From Candidatus Thalassarchaeaceae archaeon (lineage in GTDB: Archaea > Thermoplasmatota > Poseidoniia > Poseidoniales > Thalassarchaeaceae), in NCBI GenBank assembly GCA_965659915.1, contig CBFHYB010000006.1, positions 1 to 34,814 on the forward strand: a stretch of 34,814 bases of DNA, given 5' to 3'. The notes below the pieces were generated by a model. The model was not told the origin of the DNA. It was given only the letters and a program-made list of their open reading frames with translations, and did no database searches. A program made the translations under genes and the position numbers. The first letter of the stretch is position 1. Every line of letters starts with the position of its first letter. This document shows positions 1 to 8,846 of the stretch, piece by piece.

Positions 1-4
1 CACC

Positions 5-826
5 ATGCCACAAGCCATCATCCATCTGGGATTGGCTGAAAATCGAGATGTAATCTCTCTTGAGGCTACATCCTTCAATGAGTTAGATTTCCGTATCGCT
101 GATAATGGCGGCCGTCAAGTATCATCGGATATCATCACAGATTCTGGACACAATTTGCTACACACAACAGCACCGATTAATTTGTTGATGGCAGAGTTTG
201 GTGATGATAAATTAATTTGCAAGAGTGAAGACCCCGGTCGTTTCATCTGTAATGAAACTTATTTCAAAACCCTTCAAGCAGTTGAAGAGGCTGATTTGAG
301 AGACCGAATGAATCGAGTCATCCCTGTACTATTTGTTCACCTACCTCCAGCAGATAAAATCCCATTAGAAACCCAAATTTCACTAGTAAAACAGGTTATT
401 GCAATCACAGTACAGAGGCCTGAAATGCAAGTTGTTGGCGGTATGTTGAGGGATGAAAATAACCGCCTACTTGCAGCCCGCAGGTCATCCGATGAATACA
501 TGGCTGGTTACTGGGAATTCCCTGGTGGTAAGGTCGAAAAAGGTGAGAGTAAAGAGGAAGCGATTAGTCGTGAGTATCACGAAGAATTTGGTTGGATTAT
601 CAAACCAGTACGAGTGTGTGAAGAGTATTCTCATGCATGGCCAGAAATGGTTGTTCACCTAACGTTCTTCTTGTGTGAAGTTGAGGGGGAATTACCTCCG
701 GCAGTAATGACTTCTCATGATGAAAACCGCTGGCTTGCTGTAGATGAATTGATGGATGTCGAATGGCTTCCACCAGATGTTGAATTTGTGAAGCGAATAC
801 AAGAGCGAGGAATTGAAAACCTGTGA
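5..826 (+). CDS. Pyroglutamyl-peptidase I (peptidase C15) / MutT-type Nudix hydrolase fusion, probably 5'-truncated by the window edge
   Basis: The N-terminal part has the C15 motifs HLGL, ISLE (catalytic Glu), DPGRFICN (Cys) and FVHLP (His). The C-terminal part has WEFPGGKVEKGESKEEAISREYHEEFG, an intact GX5EX7REUXEEXG Nudix box. The usual C15 N-terminal TGFxPF segment is absent and the frame is open to the window edge. Confidence 0.85.
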   Translation: MPQAIIHLGLAENRDVISLEATSFNELDFRIADNGGRQVSSDIITDSGHNLLHTTAPINLLMAEFGDDKLICKSEDPGRFICNETYFKTLQAVEEADLRDRMNRVIPVLFVHLPPADKIPLETQISLVKQVIAITVQRPEMQVVGGMLRDENNRLLAARRSSDEYMAGYWEFPGGKVEKGESKEEAISREYHEEFGWIIKPVRVCEEYSHAWPEMVVHLTFFLCEVEGELPPAVMTSHDENRWLAVDELMDVEWLPPDVEFVKRIQERGIENL

Positions 827-835
827 AATTAGTAT

Positions 836-1336
836 TCATCGGTCTGAATTTTCGTCAACCCATTCGCTGACTTCACCATCTTTGTGCATAGACCAATCAT
901 CACTGAGAGAGCGTGGATACTCAATTCTTCCTTCATGCCAAGTTGATTCCTCTATCCAAGCGGCTAAGTTGTCGCCGCGGAGAGTGACGTCGATGGTACC
1001 GCCAAGTGATTTTTCATCATTTAGAACAAAGGCAACTTTTCCTGCTAAAGCAGCTTGGCGAGAAAGTGAAAAAACGGTTTCATTATCATACAAGTTTGCA
1101 CCCATTGCATCTAACGCTGTATCAAGAATTCTCAATTCGGAAATACGTTCAAGGAATTTGCTTAGGTCAACTTCCTCAAACTCCCATTTCATTTCTTTTT
1201 CAGTGACGGGGAATACATTTTCTTTGAACTCTGGTGGTTCAAGTTCGGGGAATAGGGTGCTGAGAGAATCAGCAACGCTTGGGGCGTGGTCGGAAGGGCG
1301 GATTGTCGTGCAAACCACTGCGTACGGAGAACTCAT
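836..1336 (-). CDS. UPF0201/DUF54 family archaeal putative RNA-binding protein
   Basis: IRPSD...V..SL..LFP near the N-terminus, plus LRILDTA and FSLSRQAALAGKVAF, resemble DUF54 motifs (QRILDTAR, LNKQAA.xG.V.F). Confidence 0.7.
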   Translation of the reverse strand: MSSPYAVVCTTIRPSDHAPSVADSLSTLFPELEPPEFKENVFPVTEKEMKWEFEEVDLSKFLERISELRILDTALDAMGANLYDNETVFSLSRQAALAGKVAFVLNDEKSLGGTIDVTLRGDNLAAWIEESTWHEGRIEYPRSLSDDWSMHKDGEVSEWVDENSDR

Positions 1337-1429
1337 CGGAAGTTGCGAAGAGTGGTTAGATGATGAACTCTATCGCTTGAGTAGTGGCAAGATTGACAGA
1401 CATTAACCAATCAGGGGTGGTTGAGTCTG

Positions 1430-2488
1430 ATGGCTGAGCCGTATGTTGTCACCGTAGTTCCGACCTTTCAGGAGGCGGATCATATTGAGAGATGTCTGTT
1501 ATCATTGATGGCTCAGACTTGGCCTGCTGAACAGCATTTGATACATGTTGTAGACGGGGGTAGTGATGATGGAACACGTGAAATCATAGCAGAATTGGCT
1601 AAAAAATCTGCTGTTGAAGGTGGGCCAGAAATTCTGTTGTTAGATAATGCTAATCGCTTTGTTGCTGAGGCTAGAAATCTCAGTCTAGAACAATTACCAG
1701 ACGAGGCAACCCATGTGCTTGAGATGATTGGTCACGTTTGGGTGCCTCCCAAGCATATTGAATCACGAATGAATGAATTTGATGATTTGGAAGATGAACT
1801 TGGGGATGATGGCAAAAAAATTGCTGGTATAGGAACTCTTGTCAAAGAGAGTGACCAACCTCTGAAAATGATTGGGCGCTGGGTTGAGGCAACCTTACAG
1901 AATCCCTTGGCTAGTGGCCGCGGTCAATTTGCTCAATTTACCGGTTGTCAGCGGACCACAATACCTCCATTCACATTGTATCGCCGAGCCGCTTTAGATG
2001 CGGTTGGCGGCTGGAATCCGGAATTCATAACCACTCAGGATTCAGAACTTAACATGCGTCTTGACGGCCAGGGTTGGAGTCTGTGGCGTTCAGACGCATC
2101 GTATTGCCACATGGCCAAACGGACTTCGGTTGTTGGATGGCTCCGCTTTGGCCATCGTTACGGGTTTTGGCGTACTAAGCATATACGACAAACACCTCAA
2201 AGAGCCTCAATTCTTGAGTTTCTGCCGTGGATTGGATTGCTAACTACTCTAGCATTGTGCTGGTCTGGTTGCATGGTTGGTGGATTCCCTGCATGGCAAA
2301 TTCCAATCGCCGCTTACACCGTTGTCCTGCTTCTTCACGGCCTTTTAGAATCCTTCACCCGTTCACAACCAAGTTTGATTGTCGGGGTTCCAATAATGCT
2401 GTTACTACTTCACACAACTTTCAGCATTGGATTGCTTGATGGATTGTTTAGAAAGGGCCGAGCAGCGAAGGACCGCGTCACAAGATAG
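1430..2488 (+). CDS. Family 2 glycosyltransferase (ExoA-like) with C-terminal transmembrane helices
   Basis: VVPTFQEADHIERCL, VVDGGSDDGT, ARN, LYRRAALDAVGGW and QDSELNMRL, followed by hydrophobic C-terminal helices. ATG at 1430 chosen over the TTG at 1421. Confidence 0.88.
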   Translation: MAEPYVVTVVPTFQEADHIERCLLSLMAQTWPAEQHLIHVVDGGSDDGTREIIAELAKKSAVEGGPEILLLDNANRFVAEARNLSLEQLPDEATHVLEMIGHVWVPPKHIESRMNEFDDLEDELGDDGKKIAGIGTLVKESDQPLKMIGRWVEATLQNPLASGRGQFAQFTGCQRTTIPPFTLYRRAALDAVGGWNPEFITTQDSELNMRLDGQGWSLWRSDASYCHMAKRTSVVGWLRFGHRYGFWRTKHIRQTPQRASILEFLPWIGLLTTLALCWSGCMVGGFPAWQIPIAAYTVVLLLHGLLESFTRSQPSLIVGVPIMLLLLHTTFSIGLLDGLFRKGRAAKDRVTR

Positions 2489-2559
2489 TCTCTGAAGACT
2501 TGCTTAGCAAGTGGGGGTAACATTGAACCCATATCGCATTGTCCAACGCTTTGGTAGAC

Positions 2560-3417
2560 ATGGCTGATGATGAAAAGAACAGCCTGAATTCTTGGGCTAT
2601 TCTATTGGTTCCTCTAATCATTGCAGGATTAATTGGCAGAATTATTCCTGCTGTTGACTTACTTCTAGTCGAAAATTGGCAAATTGGTGCGTATTATGGA
2701 TTTGCGTTTCTTCTTGGATTTGTATTTTTCAAACGTTCTCGAAGCGAAAGAGACCACGAGTTTCACAGAGTAAAGAATATCAAGAAATTAGGCAAAGCCT
2801 ACAAGGCCGAAGATCAAGGATTATGGGGCAAGGCTGATGCTGCTATGGCTGGCCTTGAAAGGGACGCAGAGGGTTATCAAGCAAGTGATAAAGACCTCAT
2901 TCAAGGGCGAAAAGTCAATGAGATTCTTCGTGAGAAACGTACTGGTGAGATTGGGGATGAGAAGCCAAAAGAAGAGGTGCAAATGTTCCACGATGAAGAG
3001 CACGTCAAACGCTCTTCAGCCCGCATGTCTGGGGATACCGATCCTATGGCGCAAATGTCTGGTGCTGCTGTTGAGATGATGAAAGCAGCAGGGTCAGGTC
3101 AAACTAATGTTGATGATATGATGGCTCAGTTGAATGATGAAGATGAACGTTTAGAGAAGCAGAAGAAGCCAAAGCCAGAACCAAAGTCAGAACCAAAGCC
3201 AGAACCAAAACCAAAGCCAAAGCCAAAGCCAGAAGTGGGAGGTGGTCAAATGGGTGCTGCAGGAATTACCCGAGAGGATAAGTTGTTTGATGACCTTGGG
3301 GCATCAATTGGCGGCGGTAAAACAGTTGGTAAGGAAACCAAAATTTGCTTGGACTGTGGGTCAAGGAACCCTGTGGGTAGAGGTACATGTGGTAGTTGTG
3401 GCTCATCCCTAACCTAA
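2560..3417 (+). CDS. Hypothetical membrane protein: 2 N-terminal TM helices, charged/KPEP linker, C-terminal zinc ribbon
   Basis: Two hydrophobic segments (WAILLVPLIIAGLIG; IGAYYGFAFLLGFVFF) and C-terminal CLDC-x10-CGSC. ATG at 2560 chosen over the TTG at 2539. Confidence 0.75.
   Translation: MADDEKNSLNSWAILLVPLIIAGLIGRIIPAVDLLLVENWQIGAYYGFAFLLGFVFFKRSRSERDHEFHRVKNIKKLGKAYKAEDQGLWGKADAAMAGLERDAEGYQASDKDLIQGRKVNEILREKRTGEIGDEKPKEEVQMFHDEEHVKRSSARMSGDTDPMAQMSGAAVEMMKAAGSGQTNVDDMMAQLNDEDERLEKQKKPKPEPKSEPKPEPKPKPKPKPEVGGGQMGAAGITREDKLFDDLGASIGGGKTVGKETKICLDCGSRNPVGRGTCGSCGSSLT
3166..3234 (+). repeat. Coding tandem repeat of AAGCCA / AAGCCAGAACCA units encoding KPKPEPKSEPKPEPKPKPKPKPE
   Basis: 6-nt and 12-nt periodic units are directly visible. 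Confidence 0.9.
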
Positions 3418-3488
3418 TACTGTGTCATTCAGCATAATGGTCAGATTCAAAACAGGTGGGCAGTCAGCGACCATTCGGTGATGGGGTC

Positions 3489-4634
3489 ATGGCGAAGCGA
3501 GACTACTACGAAGTCTTGGAAATTAGCCGTGATGCTAGCGATGACGAGCTGAAGAAAGCATTTCGTTCATTAGCCAGAAAAAACCATCCTGACAAGAATC
3601 CAGATGATTCAGAAGCGGAAAATCGGTTTAAGGAAATTCAAGAAGCATACGCCGTCTTATCTAATCCCCAACAACGCCGAAATTATGACACGTTCGGACA
3701 TGATTCCCCTGGTGGAAATCCATTTGGAAGTAGCGGTTTCCAAGGTGTTAATATCTCAATGGATGATTTGTTTAGCGGCGGATTTGACTCAGTCTTTTCG
3801 CAATTTTTTGGTGGTGGTGGAACAAGCCGCCGCTCTTCGCGTGGCAATGATGTTCTCATCAGACACTCTGTCGACATGAATATGGCAATGTTAGGCGGCG
3901 AGACAGAATTAGAGGCAAAACTCCTCGTTATCTGCGAAGCTTGTGAAGGTCGAGCAGCAGCCAGCCCAGATGGTGTCAAGACCTGTGGTACATGTTCTGG
4001 TCAAGGTCAAGTAACTCAAAATCGTAAGATTGGCCCATTTATTCAACAAATGGTGACTGATTGCCCTGATTGTAATGGTTCGGGAAGAAAAATTACTGAC
4101 CCATGTAAACCCTGTCGTGGTGAAGGTAGGGTGAAGAAAAAGCAGACTATCCGCTTCTCAATTCCTGCCGGAATTTCTGATGGAACTCGTATGAGGATGG
4201 GCGGCCGAGGGGAACCAATTCGAGGCGGCGGTGGCAGTCCTGGTGACCTATACATCCAAGTTCATATTGAAGATCATGACTGGTACGAAAGAGATGGGTC
4301 CGACCTTCTAATGGCTCTCCCACTAGGATATCCTGAATTACTTCTTGGAACATCCATATCGCTTCCACACATTGATGGAAAAGACATCACAATTGATGTC
4401 CCTGCGGGTTCAATACCTGGTGATACCTTAGATGTGAAAGGCCGAGGATTTCCTCGGTCTCGTGGTCGCGGACGAGGAAATGTCACTGTGTTGTTGAAGT
4501 TGTATGTCCCTTCAAAATTATCAAAGAATGTAAAGAAGCAGATTGAGGGACTAAGAGATGAAATCGGTATTGATTTAGATTCGGTAGAGGATTTAGTCCG
4601 TAAAGAAGCGAAATCAAGACGCGGTACCAGATAA
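3489..4634 (+). CDS. dnaJ: Molecular chaperone DnaJ
   Basis: [11 protein letters not shown]-domain HPD, G/F-rich region, four CxxCxGx(G) repeats ([32 protein letters not shown]) and PGDLYI. GGTGA SD-like site at 3477-3481. Confidence 0.97.
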   Translation: MAKRDYYEVLEISRDASDDELKKAFRSLARKNHPDKNPDDSEAENRFKEIQEAYAVLSNPQQRRNYDTFGHDSPGGNPFGSSGFQGVNISMDDLFSGGFDSVFSQFFGGGGTSRRSSRGNDVLIRHSVDMNMAMLGGETELEAKLLVICEACEGRAAASPDGVKTCGTCSGQGQVTQNRKIGPFIQQMVTDCPDCNGSGRKITDPCKPCRGEGRVKKKQTIRFSIPAGISDGTRMRMGGRGEPIRGGGGSPGDLYIQVHIEDHDWYERDGSDLLMALPLGYPELLLGTSISLPHIDGKDITIDVPAGSIPGDTLDVKGRGFPRSRGRGRGNVTVLLKLYVPSKLSKNVKKQIEGLRDEIGIDLDSVEDLVRKEAKSRRGTR

Positions 4635-4658
4635 TCAATCGTTTAATGACAATCTGGG

Positions 4659-6923
4659 CTATTCTTCTTCAGAGGTTGTGAGTACTGCTTTTGTTGGTAC
4701 TGCTGCAACCGGTTTCCCACCAACTAGCCCTGATAGAATCAAATCAAAGCCATCAGCAACCCCTTCCATATCAATACGCAGGAAACGATTTGTTTTAGCA
4801 TTCAAATCACCTAGGAAAACCTCGTCACCATCAAACAATGATTCAGGGGTTACGGATGTCACAGTCCATTCACTACCTTCAACAGCCTGGAATCTGATTG
4901 CCGCTAATGTCCATTCTTCAGATAGTAGTCTTAGGCCCACTGTGACGGAACGTTCTCCATCATTGGCAGTCAATCCCCACACAATCAAGTCAAGCGATTC
5001 GGTAGTATGGCGTGTGAGAGGCTCACCCCATTCCATGACCAATGCATCCCAGTCTGTATCTGCGAGCGATTCTAGTGCATGAAGTAGTGCATTCGGGTCC
5101 TTTAGATTATTTGGATCAGCAGCAATTAATCGCTCCCGCAAGCGCTTCAATCTACTCTTTTCATGTGCTTCAATTTGTAATACTCCCTCTCCCTTCCATC
5201 GCCAGTAAATAACCACCATCATAGGTGATAACAAGACTAATCCAATTACAATGTAAAAGGTGTCAACTTCATCGGAATAATCAATCCATTCACCATCAGT
5301 TGGTTCTGCTCCCTCTGGAGTTAACCATGCCCAATTAACTGTGTAATCTACTTCGCTAGTGATGTTTGATTCTATTACCAAGAGATGGCGTCCATGTGGT
5401 AAGTCAAGTGTTGTCGTCGCTTGTTGCCCCTGCATTTCAGTAAGATTCCAAGAAACAGTAGTCCATGCGTTGTACGCAGTAGTATTGAGTTGCACCAGTT
5501 TGAGAACACAAGTTCCGGGGTCTGATTCAATGGTAGCAGTCAATAAACTTCGATATGGGTATCCTATTTCTCTCTCAATGAGATATACATCTCTTATATC
5601 TGCACCACCAATAGTACCGCTAGTATAACCCGATTCAGATTGCATAATAGCCCAATCTAGGGTATCCGCTTCTCCATTTGGCTGACTATCTGATGCGTCC
5701 CCAGGGGTAGCACCGTCATTTGGGCCGAGAGAAGTGGTTGTCAGAGTCCAAATTAGTGGTTCACTAGCGTTGGTAAAAGTGATTGCTGCGGCATCTGCAT
5801 CGACTGGGACAGTGAATTGTATGCTGCCGCTGAGATTCGATTCATTATGGATGATAATCCATGTGCCTATTCTTGATTGGAAGTGAATATCAGCGGCACT
5901 AGATATTGTCCAATCAACCATGAATTTACTACGTGAGCCTGCATCCAATCGGATTGTATCTCCACTATCATCGGTTGTGAGATGTCCAGACATTGTTTCA
6001 TCTGCGATAGTAGGTGCAATCCAAGGCTCAGATGCGGTTTCCCCAAAGGATGTTTCAAGTTCTGCTGAATGGCTTGCAAACCGTAGTGAGTACAATCCTG
6101 GTTGATTACTAGCAGGATATACTGATACCCAAATTTCATCATTTTTCACTTCAACAAGCAATCTTTCGGGAGGATTACTAGATCCTGCCATGAATTGTTG
6201 TTGAGAAATGAGTTGAAGGTCGTTGGCAGTTCGGCTCCAGAATTCAATAAAAACATCATTTGAAAAAGCTGAGAATTCAATTTCAATAATATCGCCATCA
6301 CTTGCATTGAGCTGAAAGGTATCAGAATCTTCAGTGGAGTCAAGAGAGCCATTCCACCAAACTGCGGAATCATCTATTGTGCTGCGGTCAATTGCTCCAC
6401 AATCGCTGAGAGAGTTACATCCTGCCATGTCAATAAGACGCCATCCAGCAGTATTTTCGCCGGGGTTGGGTAATTGTGAAGGGGTATCAGCAAATTCACC
6501 ACTATCAAGGTCAAAGAAGATACGTGAAACAAGTAATGCTTGGCTAGTTACTCCTTCGCGTGTAATTTGAACAGTTGTTAGGCCGGCACTGAGATTTCCA
6601 CTTAGTTCTAAATGGAAGCGGCCGGTTGTGCTAAATTCTGAACCCCAAGAGTCCGTTACTGTGAGATTTAACTCTTCACAATTACTTTCTGATGGGCAAT
6701 CAACTGAAATCCAAAACGGACTTCCGCGTACATCTAATGTCTCGCTCCACACGGCTTCACCTTCTCCTAGTTCAACGTTTGATGAGAATTCCGGAGTCAC
6801 ATTTGACGGCAATTCCGAGGGCACTGAGATGCCAGTTAGTAGCAGGGCAATCGCAAGTGCGCAGGCTATGGTTAGGCGGCTCACATTTACTTGGCGCGCC
6901 CCTCGGCATTTAGAATCATTCAA
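4659..6923 (-). CDS. Large single-pass membrane protein with signal peptide, acidic beta-rich extracellular repeats (PPC-like) and a ~180-aa C-terminal domain
   Basis: 754-aa ORF with a hydrophobic N-terminus (RLTIACALAIALLLTGI), three similar G-x-L/I-x(3-5)-D-x-F/I/Y units (NGSLDSTEDSDTFQL, SGHLTTDDSGDTIRL, SGTIGGADIRDVYLI) and TM FYIVIGLVLLSPMMVVIYW. The true start may be the GTG at 6884. Confidence 0.7.
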   Translation of the reverse strand: MNDSKCRGARQVNVSRLTIACALAIALLLTGISVPSELPSNVTPEFSSNVELGEGEAVWSETLDVRGSPFWISVDCPSESNCEELNLTVTDSWGSEFSTTGRFHLELSGNLSAGLTTVQITREGVTSQALLVSRIFFDLDSGEFADTPSQLPNPGENTAGWRLIDMAGCNSLSDCGAIDRSTIDDSAVWWNGSLDSTEDSDTFQLNASDGDIIEIEFSAFSNDVFIEFWSRTANDLQLISQQQFMAGSSNPPERLLVEVKNDEIWVSVYPASNQPGLYSLRFASHSAELETSFGETASEPWIAPTIADETMSGHLTTDDSGDTIRLDAGSRSKFMVDWTISSAADIHFQSRIGTWIIIHNESNLSGSIQFTVPVDADAAAITFTNASEPLIWTLTTTSLGPNDGATPGDASDSQPNGEADTLDWAIMQSESGYTSGTIGGADIRDVYLIEREIGYPYRSLLTATIESDPGTCVLKLVQLNTTAYNAWTTVSWNLTEMQGQQATTTLDLPHGRHLLVIESNITSEVDYTVNWAWLTPEGAEPTDGEWIDYSDEVDTFYIVIGLVLLSPMMVVIYWRWKGEGVLQIEAHEKSRLKRLRERLIAADPNNLKDPNALLHALESLADTDWDALVMEWGEPLTRHTTESLDLIVWGLTANDGERSVTVGLRLLSEEWTLAAIRFQAVEGSEWTVTSVTPESLFDGDEVFLGDLNAKTNRFLRIDMEGVADGFDLILSGLVGGKPVAAVPTKAVLTTSEEE

Positions 6924-6936
6924 TTATAGCGCATAG

Positions 6937-8778
6937 GTGGCGCCCTTCGTGACTGATTCCACGCTAGGCCGGACGGTGGCCGAAAGATTGCGACATGCGC
7001 GCATGATTGCCTTAGGTGACCGCAAGAATCCATTATGCATCACTCCGGCCCTAATCGGCACAAGAAATGACGAATCTCAACTAAGTATCAACACTAATTT
7101 GATGCCCTTTGTAGTTGATTATGATAGCAGTTCTTTGCCAGCAACTATGACAATTACTGGTAGAGGAGCAATGGCAATGCCATTTGACAACGATTCCCCA
7201 CAATGGTTTTGTCAAATGAACCATGTTTTGCCACCTTCATTGGAAGATTCAGACACAGGAGTAAGAGGTCGTTCAAACGGTGGCCTAATTTCTCTATCAT
7301 GGCAAACACTGAGGCATGATTCAGAATTAATGGATTTACCCGAACAACCAGAAATTATTGCTTTGGTTGATGCTATTCAATTGGCAAACCATCCCGGCAA
7401 ATTGGTTTCTGCTTTGGCAGTCCTTAGAACTCATTTCCCCTCGTCTTTGTTATGGTGTCCTGGGTTAGGTGGGCCTGATAACCTCGCTATGCTTACTTGG
7501 TTTGGCGTTGACTTACATGATTTCACACGTTCAAGGCAAGCAGAATCATTGGGCTTTTTACTTACTTCTGATGGGGCAAGAAAGCCAAGTGAAGGATACG
7601 ATGAAGATTCTGACATTGGGGCGCAGTATAATGAATGGAAGCGTGAGATTTCGGCAGTAAAATCAGCGCTGAAGAGTGGGACTCTGCGTCAATTAGTGGA
7701 AAAGCGTTCTTTGAATTCACCGAAACTAGTCGAGCATCTTCGTTACCATGACCGATTGATGTGTGAGCAATTTAATGATGAAGGCGAGATTTCAATTAAT
7801 GGAGCGCCATTACGTCGTTTCGTAAAATACGGAATGAAATGGCGTTGCCACAGCTCAGTTAGTCGCCAAGACCCCCTTATCGTTGATTGGATCCAAAGGA
7901 TAATTTCTGATTATCGAACACCTACTGAGCAATCAGAGGTTCTAGTACTGCTTCCATGTAGTGCTCGCAAACCATACTCAATGTCACAGTCTCACAGACG
8001 TTTCCGAGGTTCACTTCGTCACCGCCCACTCCATGAAGTAATGGTGACTTCACCATTAGGGGTAGTTCCTCGTGAACTTGAGGAATTGTGGCCCGCTTCT
8101 CACTACGATATTCCTGTGACTGGGGAATGGGACGGCGATGAATTAGCAACAATCCAAAAATGTGTCAAATCACTAGTTTCTAACAATGGTTACAAGAGAA
8201 TAATTAATCATAGTGGAATCAATTTTGACAGCGATGAAATTGGCGTTGAAATTATTGATACGAGGCAAGGCGAAGGTGCTGGCTCTCATGAAGCACTTGC
8301 AAGACTCAAACAAGCATCAGAGGATGCTGCTAAGAAATTCCATCCTGATTATAGGATGAATGAGAAACAACAATTACTCATTAAAATGAGAAGCATTTCT
8401 CGCTGGCTTCATAATAATGATGACTGGCTCGAAAACGCCCATGTTGGCGGAAAACCGCCACGTTGGAAGATTCTTGAAGGAAAACAGCAGTTAGCAATGT
8501 GGCACCCTCAAGATGGAAGGTTTGCATTTCCAAAGGGTACTTTACCTAGTTTAGCAAAGTGTGGCACCCTATCAGAAGTGCATTTAGAGGATGGTCCGAA
8601 ACTTGAGGGTGATATTTTCTCGCCTATGGTTAGCAAGGTGGTTGGAGACATCCGAGTCGGCGATGAAGTGTTGCTTTTCCGAGCAGGAAACCTCCTTGGC
8701 AGCGCTCGTAGCGTGACTGCAAAGTGGGAGTATTTCGGTAGCCCTGGCAGGGTTGCAAAGACCAAACACAGGCTGTAA
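6937..8778 (+). CDS. arcS: Archaeosine synthase ArcS (TgtA2-like; degenerate TGT barrel + DUF5591 + PUA)
   Basis: VLLPCSARKPYSMSQSHRRF, VTSPLGVVPRELE and HYDIPVTGEW are ArcS signatures. C-terminal PUA-like DIRVGDEVLL...G.A. Start uncertain (GTG 6937 or 6949). Confidence 0.88.
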   Translation: MAPFVTDSTLGRTVAERLRHARMIALGDRKNPLCITPALIGTRNDESQLSINTNLMPFVVDYDSSSLPATMTITGRGAMAMPFDNDSPQWFCQMNHVLPPSLEDSDTGVRGRSNGGLISLSWQTLRHDSELMDLPEQPEIIALVDAIQLANHPGKLVSALAVLRTHFPSSLLWCPGLGGPDNLAMLTWFGVDLHDFTRSRQAESLGFLLTSDGARKPSEGYDEDSDIGAQYNEWKREISAVKSALKSGTLRQLVEKRSLNSPKLVEHLRYHDRLMCEQFNDEGEISINGAPLRRFVKYGMKWRCHSSVSRQDPLIVDWIQRIISDYRTPTEQSEVLVLLPCSARKPYSMSQSHRRFRGSLRHRPLHEVMVTSPLGVVPRELEELWPASHYDIPVTGEWDGDELATIQKCVKSLVSNNGYKRIINHSGINFDSDEIGVEIIDTRQGEGAGSHEALARLKQASEDAAKKFHPDYRMNEKQQLLIKMRSISRWLHNNDDWLENAHVGGKPPRWKILEGKQQLAMWHPQDGRFAFPKGTLPSLAKCGTLSEVHLEDGPKLEGDIFSPMVSKVVGDIRVGDEVLLFRAGNLLGSARSVTAKWEYFGSPGRVAKTKHRL

Positions 8779-8779
8779 A

Positions 8780-8796
8780 GCCTCTCATAGAGAGGC
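8780..8796. other. Perfect inverted repeat GCCTCTC-ATA-GAGAGGC between the arcS stop and the rps15 promoter
   Basis: 7-bp stem with 3-nt loop, read directly. Function (terminator or operator) unknown. Confidence 0.5.
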
Positions 8797-8803
8797 GGAG
8801 CGG

Positions 8804-8827
8804 TTATGAATGGGGAGTAGGTCGGCG
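8804..8827 (+). promoter_or_regulatory. Putative rps15 promoter: TATA-like TTATGAA followed by GGGGAGTAGGTCGGCG
   Basis: AT box ~40 nt upstream of the rps15 ATG. The downstream element recurs at 34154-34170. Confidence 0.5.
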
Positions 8828-8846
8828 GCTCGCTCAAGGTGTTATC

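Noticed and set aside
813-1406. 197-aa + strand ORF
   Set aside because: Antisense shadow of the DUF54-like gene; Ser-rich with no motifs.
3166-3234. Tandem repeats (here and at 33094-33165) as possible CRISPR arrays
   Set aside because: In-frame coding repeats with no unique spacers and no cas genes.
3489-4634. dnaJ without adjacent dnaK/grpE
   Set aside because: Partners may lie elsewhere in the genome and dispersal is common; it cannot be judged from this window.
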